From: Ramazzottius varieornatus
Taxonomy: Eukaryota > Animalia > Tardigrada
Assembly (NCBI GenBank): GCA_001949185.1
Contig: BDGG01000015.1
Span: 191,036 to 255,035, forward strand
Reading direction: 5' to 3'
DNA length: 64,000 nt
Shown here: positions 1-12,000 of the stretch, piece by piece
Layout: every line of letters begins with the position of its first letter
Numbering within the stretch: position 1 is the first letter of the stretch
The notes under the pieces: generated by a model
Told to the model about the DNA's origin: nothing
Seen by the model: the letters and a program-made list of their open reading frames with translations, nothing else
Databases searched by the model: none
Made by a program: the position numbers and the translations under genes

Positions 1-3000
1 ATGCCGAGCGTGATTACTCGGCCGAAGACTACTCGGGAGAGGAACCACATCAGCAGAAGATGGTGACGGTCGACTACAACGAAGAAGTTACGAAGAAGAA
101 GACGGAGAAGCTGAAAGAGGTCCTTGTCGAAGCCGAGCGCTTAGTCGCAGCTGGAATCAAGTTCACGAACGTCTCGCTCCAGCGAGGCTTCAACGAGGAA
201 GACGACACGGAGAATAATGTGAGGACGGGTCAGTGGGGCGGTTTTTCAAGGGAGAATCCAGCTGCTCAGAAAGTACCTTCCAGCGTGACGCTGTCCAGAG
301 GTGACGGTTCTCCGGACGTCACTAAGGGAAGCGACGCTCCTATCTCTGACAACCATATCCCACAAGAAGCGGAAAAGAAAACGAAAGAATATAACCAGAT
401 CGGAAAAGGTATTTGTGATATTCAAAGATATTCGTGGAAGGCATCATGATGGAATTTATGGGTTGTATTTTGACACCTGAACCTATTCGGATCTTTTTAG
501 ATGGGAAATCAGTGAAAGTGCCGAAGGCGTCGCTTCCTGGCATCAAGGCATCAGATGAGCCGCAGTCGAGCGGTACCCTGGACACGGAAGACTATTCGGA
601 AGAAATTCCATTACGACCAATAGTACCGGACACAGTTGGTCCACTTCCGAAACCGACACCTGTCCAGTTCATCAAATCGGGCATTCGCGTCTCTGACGAG
701 TCCTTGTCGACAGGCTTGCTGTCTTCGGAAGACTATCAAGACCAACCGGAATCCTCCATGAATAGTACGTTCTTCCAATGCAAGTTTGATCTTTTACGTT
801 GGCAAAATGATGTGTTTTATTTTCGTTTCGGAGTTCGGCAAACAAAGTCGGCTAGAGTGTTTCTCTGGTCTTGCCGATTCAAGGTTCCAGGCGGCGCATA
901 GTTCCGATGTCACTGGCTGAAAGCATGCGCCACTTGGAAGAGCGATTTCGACTATGTTTGCCTTGGTGTTTTTTCTATACGTGGCGCTTTTTGTAAGACG
1001 TTATAGCTCTTTCGGTTTTTGTAGATCAGGCAAGAGAACAGAAAGCAAAGACCGTGGTCAGCAAGCCGGGTGTACGATACACGGACGAGTCTTTCCGTCG
1101 AGCCGACACTGCGGAAGACTACTCCGAAGGACTCTCGGTGCAGAATGCTTCTCGCTCGTGTCAGCCGGAAGTCGAATTGTCTTCACCTGTCGCAGTAGCC
1201 TCAACCACTGGGCAACAGGGTATCCACTTCCTGAATGACAGTTTCTCTGAAGATTTCATTCTGTCCGAAGATGGAGAGGGAAACCGTGATCAGAAAGGTA
1301 AGCGTCCTGTCGTGAATTGAGTTGACCCAACGACAAATCCGACGAAATAAGACTTTCCATATGTTGTCGTTTCAGTCGTGGTCAGCGCTGCAAAGTCGTA
1401 CCTCGAGAGGTCTATTTCCTCCCAGAAGAAGCCGGCCAAAGGTGTCCACGTCAACGACGTGCTGCCACCGAGAGCTTCACTTCCGGTTGAAGACTATCCC
1501 GAATTATCCGTGACCGAAAAGCGGAACGTCTCCAAGTCTGCCGGAAGTTCGTCTGGAACCTACCAACAGAGGCACGGTATCCAGCATAACGATATTCCCA
1601 GTTATCGAGAGATTTCCACCGATTATTACGAACTCACTTCGCGCACTTCCGGTAAGGCTTTCTTGGCCGGAATAGTCTTTGATATGAGCTATTGATTTCA
1701 TGAATATTTGTATATAGCACTAACAGTTCCAGAACATGTGCCGGGACGAGTTAGACAAGCTCATGTAAAGAACATTTCGGTGTCGGTGGAGGTTCTGCCG
1801 TCTACACTGTACATCCAGAAGAAAATCGCTGCAGACTCGTCGGCGGCTGATAAACGGGTTCATGTAGATAATATTCAGTCTTACCGGGAAGTTGGTGATG
1901 ACTACTCCGAAATCATCCAAGCCAGCAAGAAGCAAGAGATGGTTGCAGAGTCTTCTCACGCAGGTAAGATTCCCAACTTCCGGTTGCGGATTAAGTTTAC
2001 GTGTTCCAGTAAATCCACGAAAACGAAAGTTAGATTGATAAAAAATGATACAAAAATTAGTCTATGACGAGTGTGATAAGAATTCAGCTTATTGGGTTGT
2101 CTCAAGGCTCGATGGGGGAAACAGGGACGTCTGAAGCAGAGGTCCGGCGCACGGATGACGCTGTCACAAGAGCCGAAGAGTACTCTCTACCAGGTCCACC
2201 CACACCTTCTTCGTCGTCCCGACTTGACCACGAGTCACTAGCTCAGCCTCATGCTACCCCCGTTTCAAAGACCGCTAATAGTATACATTTCTTAAATATC
2301 AGCTTTCCCAGAGGATCTCACCTAGCCGAGGAGGACGAGAAGGACGTGGACGGTGCTTCGAAGTCGACGTTCCCGTTGACAGGTTTGAATCATTGCTTTC
2401 CGTAATCAGTAAAAACATTGCAGCACTGGTTGTATTTTTCGAAGCAACAATTCACCCGGAAGTAACATCGTTTTCTTCTCGTATCAGGGTCGACATATCC
2501 TGCCAACGTAAGCGTACAAATTGCCCAGCCATCGAATCGCGCCGAAGGTATCCGGTTCACTGATGAGAAGCTCCCATGGTCGGCCCTGGATGTTGACTAC
2601 ACGGAGATCAATAGGCCCCTTCCCAAAGCCGACGGTGGACGTGTGCATGTCAACGTCCTGTCGGCTTCCACAAGCTCGGCTCGTTCTGAAGACTACCCTG
2701 AAACGGTCCTGACAGACAAAGCCATCTCCACCAAGTCCGAAATTTCTGCACAAACTACCGGTAAGAAGAGTTTTCCCACTTGGCCTAACAACGTGCTGAA
2801 ACTGTGGGAATGGAAATTTATCCTGTTAGTGTTTAACTTCGACGGAAGTTTCGTCCGCTGTCAGTACGATGAATTTCTGAGTGGATAATATTTTTGCTCA
2901 TTTTCTACGAAATCTTCGTATGACTGCTTTCTGTCGTTTTGTGTTAGGGTCCATGCCGGTCCACGGAACTGGCAGTTCGTCTAAGGCTCTCCACTACAGC

Positions 3001-6000
3001 GACCTTTCTTCTCCTCGAGACACTGCTGCCGAAGACTACAGCGAGCAAGCAGCGGCGGACACATGGGTGACAACTGAAAAGCGTGTTCAAGTGGCGCCCT
3101 CAGCAGGACAGATCCAGCCTGTCATTAGTGCAGTCCGCAGAAGCATCTGGTTTGGAGACGATCGTTCCTCCCCAAGTGAGGAACCGGATGAATTTCAAGA
3201 AAGTACACCAACAAGCTTCGATCAGTCCCCATCGACCACCACAAACTCATCAAGAGCGAGCCAGAAGACTGGGACGAGCATCATGTCAGCAAGCGACGAC
3301 GTCGAGAAGAGCCCATCGAAGAAGGCGAGTAGACTTCACTTTGACGACATAACTTCTCCTCGAGACACTTTCACGGATGACCACAGCGAGAAGGCCTTGG
3401 TCAACATATCGATGTCAGCTGGGAAGACGGAACAGGTGGCGTCACCGGCAACCCAACAACAACAGTCGGTATCTGTTAAAGGTATTCGATACACCGACGA
3501 ACGCTCTTCACGGACGGAGGATGGGGAGGACCAGCAGGAAGCCATCCCGTCAGCATCGATGGTTGGTACCGGAAGTTCGAAACTTGGTCAAAAGGTCGAG
3601 ATGGATGTGAGCCTGTCGACTGAAGAGCTCGAGAAGAAGGAAGCCGTGGCGGGAAAGAGACTGCGCTACACTGACACACCTGTACACCGCAGACCTTCTG
3701 TTTCCGAGGACTACAGTGAAATCGAACCTGACAAGTCACCCGCAGCAGCTCCAATCGCCGGTACGAACAACAATAATAATTATGTGTATTTAATTTTCGC
3801 TGTGATCGAAACTCAGTCTAGCGCAGTATTTATCATATTCGAGAATCTTCGGTTTTTCAGAAACTGCGCCAGTCTTCACTCCTCAACTGGTTCGACCAGC
3901 CAAGGCCGAGCAGGCTGTCCGTTTTACCGACCATGTCTCGCAGCGCTGGGTTCTCAGTGCAGACTACTCCGAAGCAGTTGTGTTGAAAGGAAAGCTTCCT
4001 TCGACAGTGGTGCTTCCGGTTGCAGCACATGTTCGACCGGCCCCATCCACCGAGAGGCCCCGTAAACTCCATGTCGGCGATGTCCGAGCGTACCGTCACG
4101 ACTCTGCGGACTACCCCGAAGCCGCAACGCCACCTTCTCGTACGTTACTTCTCATTCTAAAGTTTCCTCCAAAATGTTATATCCCTGCTCAAAAATCCAG
4201 AACACAAATGTCCTGAACTGTTTTTCTACTTGGAGGTCCGATGGAAGTCAAGGAAGTCAAAGCTGCAGTTACAGGCATCCACCCCAGTAACATTAAGGCT
4301 CGCGGAGACCGCCATTCGGAAGACTACAGCGAACAGTCAGTCGTCACGAGCACAGTTTCCACCGCCGAAACCAAGCAAATGGCGCCCTCTGCAGTATTGA
4401 AGCAAGCAGAGCCCGTGAAAAGAGTTCGCTACACCGACGTCCGTATCTCCCGCTCTGGAGACCTGACCGACGACCATAACGAAGTCGCACCCTTACGCGC
4501 CACCCTCTCAACCTCGGTGGTTGTACCTGACCGCTCGAAAGTTGCCCAGAAGGGTGAACTGGACATCGCTTCCTCCAAAGACGACATGGAGAAGAAGCAA
4601 GCCTCACCGCCGAGCAGACTCCATTACAACGACTTACCTTCCCACCGAGACGCTTTCTCTGAAGACTACAGCGAAAAGGTCTTCATCAACCAATCACGAC
4701 CAGTCCCAAAGACCGAACAGGAAGAATATGCGAGTGTGCAGCAAAGACTAGCAACTCTGAAAGGCATTCGCTACACAGATGAACGCGCTTCTCGAGCTGA
4801 AGAGTTACAGGATTATCGAGAGGATTCAATTGTTGCTTTGGCTTTTGCTGAGGTGAAGACTCCGGCTGACAGGTCGAAAGCTGGTCAGAAGGTGAAGCTC
4901 GACGTCGCGTCCGTCACAGAAGACCCAGTGGCCGTCATGATGGGACTCCATTACACTGATGTACCAATCCACCGGCAACCGACAGGTTCCGTAGACTACT
5001 CCGAAATTTCACCTACACCACCCTTGATGACCGGTACGAGTACTTCTTCCACAGCTGAAAATTGGCAGACGCATTGAAACTGATCTATACCTTAAGTGGC
5101 GCACGTTCTCTTTGCTTTTGGCTGGCAGCATGCGCCACGTGGGAAAACGATCGTGTCAAGCTCTTCTCTTTCCCCAGTGGCGCACGTTTTCGTTATTATC
5201 GGTTGAAATTGTGCGCCACTTGAGAAAGCGATTGTGTTCGAGTCAGTTGCCGACGTCCCGGTGGATACTCACAGTGATAATAATAGTAATAATAATGATA
5301 AAGTGTGAATTTTTCTAACATTTTCATCTTGTACGAGGGAAAGGTTGTAAAGTTAGCCGTCTAAGTTCGTCTGTTCTCTACTACTCAATCCCAAACTTTT
5401 AAGGATAGATCGATAGATAAAATAATGAACTGTCGAATGGTATTAGGCACAGTCAACACGAGGAGTCAGAGAATCTAAGAGGTCCGCAATTAAAAGAACG
5501 TTGAAATCTCATGTTAAAAAGCCAGGACTGACAATCAAATAGTCAATCAAGCGATAGACGCTACAGGCGTGGCTAACTTTACCAACCCGGTATATGGGGT
5601 GGCTACGTTTACAACCTTTACCTCGTAGTGGCTACTGGACGACCTGAAACATCGGTAGTTCCTACAGGAGGGATCCGTGTGTCTGATGAGGCTTCACCGC
5701 GGCGCGTTCTGGGGTCTGTGGACTACCCCGAAGCAGCCATCATAACATTGCCATCCAGAGTCCCTCGGATAGGCCAGTCTGACCCATGTCGTCGCAAGCC
5801 AGTTTCGCCAGTGGGCGGTCAAGAGGGGGCTCCCGCTACGACCGGCATCCATGTCAATGACGAGTCGAACTTCAGAGGCTTCTTCTTTCCTGAAGACGAT
5901 ACTCCGAAAATCATCGCATCTGTACCCTCAAGTATGTATTTCCCCCATCAGTTCGCCTTCCTGATAAAATCGCTCGGTAGTTGGGGGTGTGCAAGTGAAA

Positions 6001-9000
6001 CGTAGAAGATCCTCGTTTTAAGTGGCGCACATTCTTATTGTTGTCGGTCGAACGCGTGTGCCACTTGATGGATTGTACGCTTCGTTAACCGGTCTCTCGT
6101 TTACAGTCCTTCCGAAAAGACTTAGTCCAAAAGAACCGAACCGAACAATCGGTATGACATAACTATAACGTACTAGCTAGTGGTTCTGACCACTGGGAAG
6201 GTCGAGCAGAAGCAAAAAAGCACAAGTTTTGCGAGTAAAAACTTTTGCTACTCGGATCAAGTTGCGCACTTGCTTTCAGTACAGAGGTTGCGATATCCCA
6301 AAGCTCGAACAATCTGATCGTCCATTGAAATCTCGACAGACTTAAAAGGGCCTCGCTTTGCTCAGCCTGATACCTAATTTTGGAGATATCATTTAGGCTT
6401 TCTAGTCGCTCCAAAGGTGACTTCGACACCGGTCGGTATTCGCCACACGGATGATGGTATGCCGCATGTCGTATTCAGCGATGACTATCCGGAGATGGTT
6501 TTCGACAGAAACCTGTCGGCTTTCCTCCCCACTCAGCTGACCACGCTGCAGCAAACTGTCATACCATTGGTCAAGGGTGTGTACATCACCGACGTTTCAG
6601 CTCCCCGAAGCACAATTCTGTCGGAAGACTATCCAGATCCGCCAATCGTCCAGAAAGAGACAGCGACGCCTGATGCAGCTGCTGTTCCGGTAAGATCGGA
6701 CACGAAACCCTCCTGGCAAAAAGCCCGACGGATCCACGTCGACGAAGTTCCATCCCACCGTGGGATTTCCGATGACTATGTAGACGTCGCCCATCGCACA
6801 GCCCAAGTAAAGAGGAAGAGTGACGTGACCACCGTACGGACCGGTAGAGCTCAAGCGTCCTCTGACGTTCTTACTGATGTTCCCGTCCGTCGTGAAATTT
6901 CGGCGGACTACCCAGACGGACCTTCGATATTGGCAGGTAACAAGCTTACATGGAACGAAAACGAGCAAACTCGACAGGATCGTTCTTCCAGTTGTGATGC
7001 GCTTTCGGCTAATAACACCAAGAGCATGCGCCACTTGGGAAAACTAGCCAATTCGACCAGGTTGTTTGCCAGGTGGCGCACGCTTACAGCAAATAACACC
7101 AAATTTGTGCGCCACTTGAGAAGACAATCGCGGCGGGCGCGTGTGCTTTCTCAACTCCCATTTTATTTTTTCCGCTCGAACGTTTTTGTGTGGCTAACCG
7201 TGGATCGTCGTCTTGTTATTCAGAATCGAATAATACGGCACAAACGATTGTCTCGGCAGTGTCTTCCAAGCGAGTCCACGTTGACGATGTCTCAGTGGAC
7301 TACCCGGAAGCCCTGGTCGCCGTGAACAGTGAAACTGCTGTCGAACAGAAGACAGAGATCAGCCCGCCCGGTGTCCACTACAGCAACGTTTCCATACATC
7401 GAACCCGCCCTGAGGACTATCCAGAAGGTTCGCCAGCCGTTTCTACAGACGGTGATAGTGCACTGAAGAATGACGTACTTCCTGAAGCTCGGCCGGAAGC
7501 GAAAGGTCCTGGTATACATGTGAGCGACCTTCCGGCTTACCGAGAAGTGTCCGCCGATTACTTCGAAAGTGTTCTTAGCGCATCAGGTAACTGATTTTTT
7601 TCCTTTGGGAGGCCTGCTAAACGAAACGTACAAGTTCGCTGTTTTGAGTGGCGCACGCTTCGGGTGAATAGCAATGGAACATGCGCTACTTGAAATGACA
7701 ATTTCGTTTTTGGTAGTCTTGTTTGCCGACCTGCCTTTTTTGTCTCCAAAGGTCTATACCACCTATCCAATGGCTGCTTTGCTTTTGAACTTCGCTGCGT
7801 TAATGATATGCTAATTTTGTAGGTGCTCAAGTGCCGTCTGCAAAGACCGTGATGGTCGGTGAAGGTAGCCTCGTGGGAAACATCTTACTGTCTCGGAGCT
7901 CGTCTGGCAGGGTTCACTACCAGCAAGAAGCCCAGTCGGGAGGAACTGTGGACATTGAAGACTACTTGGAGGATTTTGAGGGTCACGCCACCACTCAGAC
8001 ATCCACCACGAAACCTGCCGTCATTATTGAGCAGCACAAAACCGGAAGTCAGCGCGTGGAAATCGACGCTGTCTTGTCACCCGAAGATGAACGAGCAGTG
8101 AAAAGACCGGTCTATAGAATTCTCTACAGCAATGACTCCATGCACGAGGAAGTTCGATCTCCGGAGAGTCGACCAGCGACCGCACAGCCTGTGGCTCCAG
8201 ACTCTACCGGTAAAACTTTCCAATAATTTTAAGAAGGAAAAGCAAAGAAATCTTACCAGAGTTAATATATCTCTGAAAAATATTCTCATACTTTTCTGGA
8301 GTTACTTTCAGGTTACACCACGGCCTCTCCTCGACCGCAGTCCCAAGTTACATCTGGCCGTATCCACTACTCCAATATATCGGTATCCAGAGACTCTGCT
8401 CCGTCTGAAGACTATCCAGAAGGACACGGTATCGGTAAAGTCGCCATCGTCAACCAAACTATCGGTAAGGAAGTTGCCTTTTGAATATTGGGAGTTCAGG
8501 AAATAAACTCGACATGATCGTCTAGCGCACGCTTTCTGCAGCGCACGATCATGTCGAGCGCAGCGCACACTTTCAGCTAATAATGCTGGTGACGTGCATC
8601 ACTTGGAAAAGTAATCTTGTCCAGTTTTCAAGTGGCGCACGCTTCCGAGTGGAAACACTGAGAATGTGCGCAACTGGGGAAAACGCACTTGTTCAATTCG
8701 TTACCGACCTTCCGTTCTCTTTCCTCATCTGGCCTGATCTTTTCTTCATCAATGAGCTATTCTAATTTGATTGACACCTCAGGCATAGTCGTGCTGGGTG
8801 GTCAGAAAGGACTCTACTATGGTGAGAACGATACCGCATCTGAGGACCATCTCGCAGTCATCTCGCCAGCTCAACTGGCTCATGCCTCCCGAAAGTACAA
8901 ACTCCCGACAGAGAATCAGTCTGCCGCTTTCATGGCGGAGCATGCTCTGCCCCCGCCGTCACTCCCTCCAGCCCACAGGCTTCATTACAGTAACCACTCG

Positions 9001-12000
9001 GTGGATCGAGAAACCGCCTTGGGTGCTCAAGACTACTCGGAAGTCGAGGTCGCCAAGGTGGCGCCACCAGTACCATTCACTTTCGGTCCAGTCGTCGGTA
9101 AGAGTAAAGTGGTGAAATATTCTCAAAATGAGCAATAACATCTAAGAATAGTGTTGAGTACAGAACTCAACAGTTGATTCTCATTTGGAATTTTGACTTC
9201 TAGTAAGCAAAGTAAGGAAGGACGTCCAACAAGGTACCCGTCAAAACGACACTTTGCATCATCGACCCGTCTTTACGGATGACTATCCCGAAGGAGCCAC
9301 GCTATCGGAGCTCCCGAGAACGGTCAAAACAAGTAACTCCATTGCCACATCTGCGCCACACGCTGTTCCTCAAGCGTTGAATCGTCTTCGAACGGATGAC
9401 CTACCTGTTCATCGCGTTTCGAACAGCGAAGATTACGGTGAGGTACAGATGGCGCTGCAACAGCGGCAGCTTGCTCGTCGGAACCCCAGCCTATCAGCCA
9501 TGACGGCCGTCAACGTGCAAGGTATCCCTTACGGTAACGCATCGTTTGATCGTGACTTGAGCTTGGAAGAAGGATACTATGAAGAAACAAGGAGAGAAGA
9601 ATCCAGGATGGTACCTGTAACCAAAGCCAACCCTCCACCAGGTACGCGCTTTTAACTTCCTTATCAAGTTTTACCGGATAGTATTTACTATCACTCTTCG
9701 ACTATGAGTCTGAAACCTCATTTTGTTGCAGGTATCGGTCACGGTTTCAGGAACCTAACTTTTCCTGTTCGACGTGTTCATTATGCTAACGCATCCATCA
9801 CCCGCGACCATGCCGCTGCAGCTGAGGACTACTTCGACAACCTTCCTAGTGTACCGGAGCCCCAAGTACTACTAGCATCAACTCAACCGATCATCCAACG
9901 CATCAGGTATGTCTTAGAATCATCCTTTTCTTTCTTTGGATGCTCTGCAAACAAACCTGACAAGATCGTTCTTTCTAAGTGGCGCACCCATACAAGCAAT
10001 AACAGTGCGCACGCGTGCCACTTGGGAAACATTTTTGTCGAGTTTGATCGTCGAGCTTCTATTTTGCGGATAATGTTCGTCCGTCTGTTTAGTATTTTGC
10101 GTGAGCAGAAATTCGAGGAAGTAATCTCATGGGTGCATTTCGTTATCTAGGTACACCAACGAAAGCTTTTTCCGAAGTCTTGGCAAGGCCGAAGATCATC
10201 CCGAACTAACTGGACAAAGTGCACGAGACGCATCAGGACAAACTCGAGGTTGGTGGACTGACCTTCATCAACCATTTTTTCCTCTGCCCTATTTACCTTA
10301 TTTTTTCTTGCACCATTGTGTTTTTCCGTGTTATCTGATAAGCATCTCCTTATGCTTTTGCAGTCTTGGTTCCAGAAGTGAACGAACGATGGACTCTGAA
10401 CCGAGCACTAGGAGCGCCATCTGGTGTGTTGCTCGTCCATCCTCCTGGTTCCGGGTTGAAGGACGCAGCTGGTCCGGGACTGGAAGAATACGACGAAGCC
10501 ATGCTGGTCCGAGGCAACGCTTCCTTGATGGCCATGAGACCGTGGATCGACGTGAAGAACGCGCTGCTCTTCCATCCGCTTTCGAACGTCCAAGCTGTGG
10601 GCGGAGACACTTCCGCTGACTACTTCCCACCACCAGGTAAACAAAGCAGTGCAATTCCTTCCCCAACCCTAAAATGTCCTCGGGCATACTATCCTAAAAC
10701 AATCGAAAAATTTGTTTCCGTATTTCTCGCAGTTTTCGAACGTTCTGTTTCTAGTGATTAGTTGAAGGAAGCATTTTGAGCTACCGACTCTTCCACATGA
10801 AGCCGCTTTTTAAGTCTGTCGAGATTTCAATGGACGATCAGATTGTTCGAGCTTTCGGATATCGCAACCTCTGTACTGAAAGCAAGTGCGCAACTTGATC
10901 CGAGTAGCAAAAGTTTTTACTCGTAAAACTTGTGCTTCTTTGGTTGTGCTCGGCCTTCCCAGTGGTCAGAACCACTAGCTAGTACTATTAAGTGGTATTT
11001 TTCTACAGTTATGATACTTTTGATTCAGTGATGTAAACTACAAGAGAGGCTTGTATGTTGATGGCCGTGATAAATTAGCTAAAATTACCCACATCGTGGT
11101 TTCAAATTTGGTTTGAGTTGCTCTAATGTTGTTGTTTTATCTATTCTCGCAGATATCGTTGCGACGCTGCAATCAACGACAACTCCTGAAACCATTGAAA
11201 TCGTGACCGAGACGATCTTCCCCCTCGACTACGACGAAGCCACCATGCGCACGACCACCGTGATGCCCGAAGCTCCTCGCACACCACCACCTGTCCAGCC
11301 AGCTCGACTTCCGGATCGTGTGGTGTCGGTACAGGCTGACTTGGGCGGCAAACCCATCGTCATAGTCCAGTCGGTCCAAGGCATCGAACGTCAGGCTGGC
11401 CGAAAGGACGTCTACTTGGACGAAAGTACCAACGTCCATGCTTACCTGCACAGCCCGGCACTCTTCCCGGAAATCGCTCGACGCAGACCGGAAGTGTATG
11501 CTGTGGATGATGTTGAACAAGAGACCACCACCGGGAAACGACATGCCTTCCCTGTCCTTGGCAAAGGTATGTCGATTTAGATTTGCACTTTCCGTTAAGT
11601 GATTCGGGCCTGATTGAAGGGGGATAATTTATGGTCATAGTTTTGAGGGAAGATGAGAAGCTCGGCAAACTCGGTAAGATTGTTCTTCCAACTGGCGCAT
11701 GCTGTCGGCCGATCACATTGATAACGTGCGTCACTCGGGCAAAGCATACTCGACGAGATACTTTTCAAGTGGCGCACCTCTTCAGTGTTACCGGCCGAAA
11801 ATGTGCGCCACTCAGTAAGGCAATCTTGTCGGATTTGCCGAGCTCCTCATTTTCTGAAACCGACAGTTTTGGTTAGAGTGATGGAATCTGTTTTAAAAAA
11901 TGCAGCAGAATTCACCAAACATTTGAGAAGGCCCAGCGAGTATCCTTCGTTCATTCTTCATCTTTCAGCTAGGCCATACCGGTCACCAAACGCTTACGGG

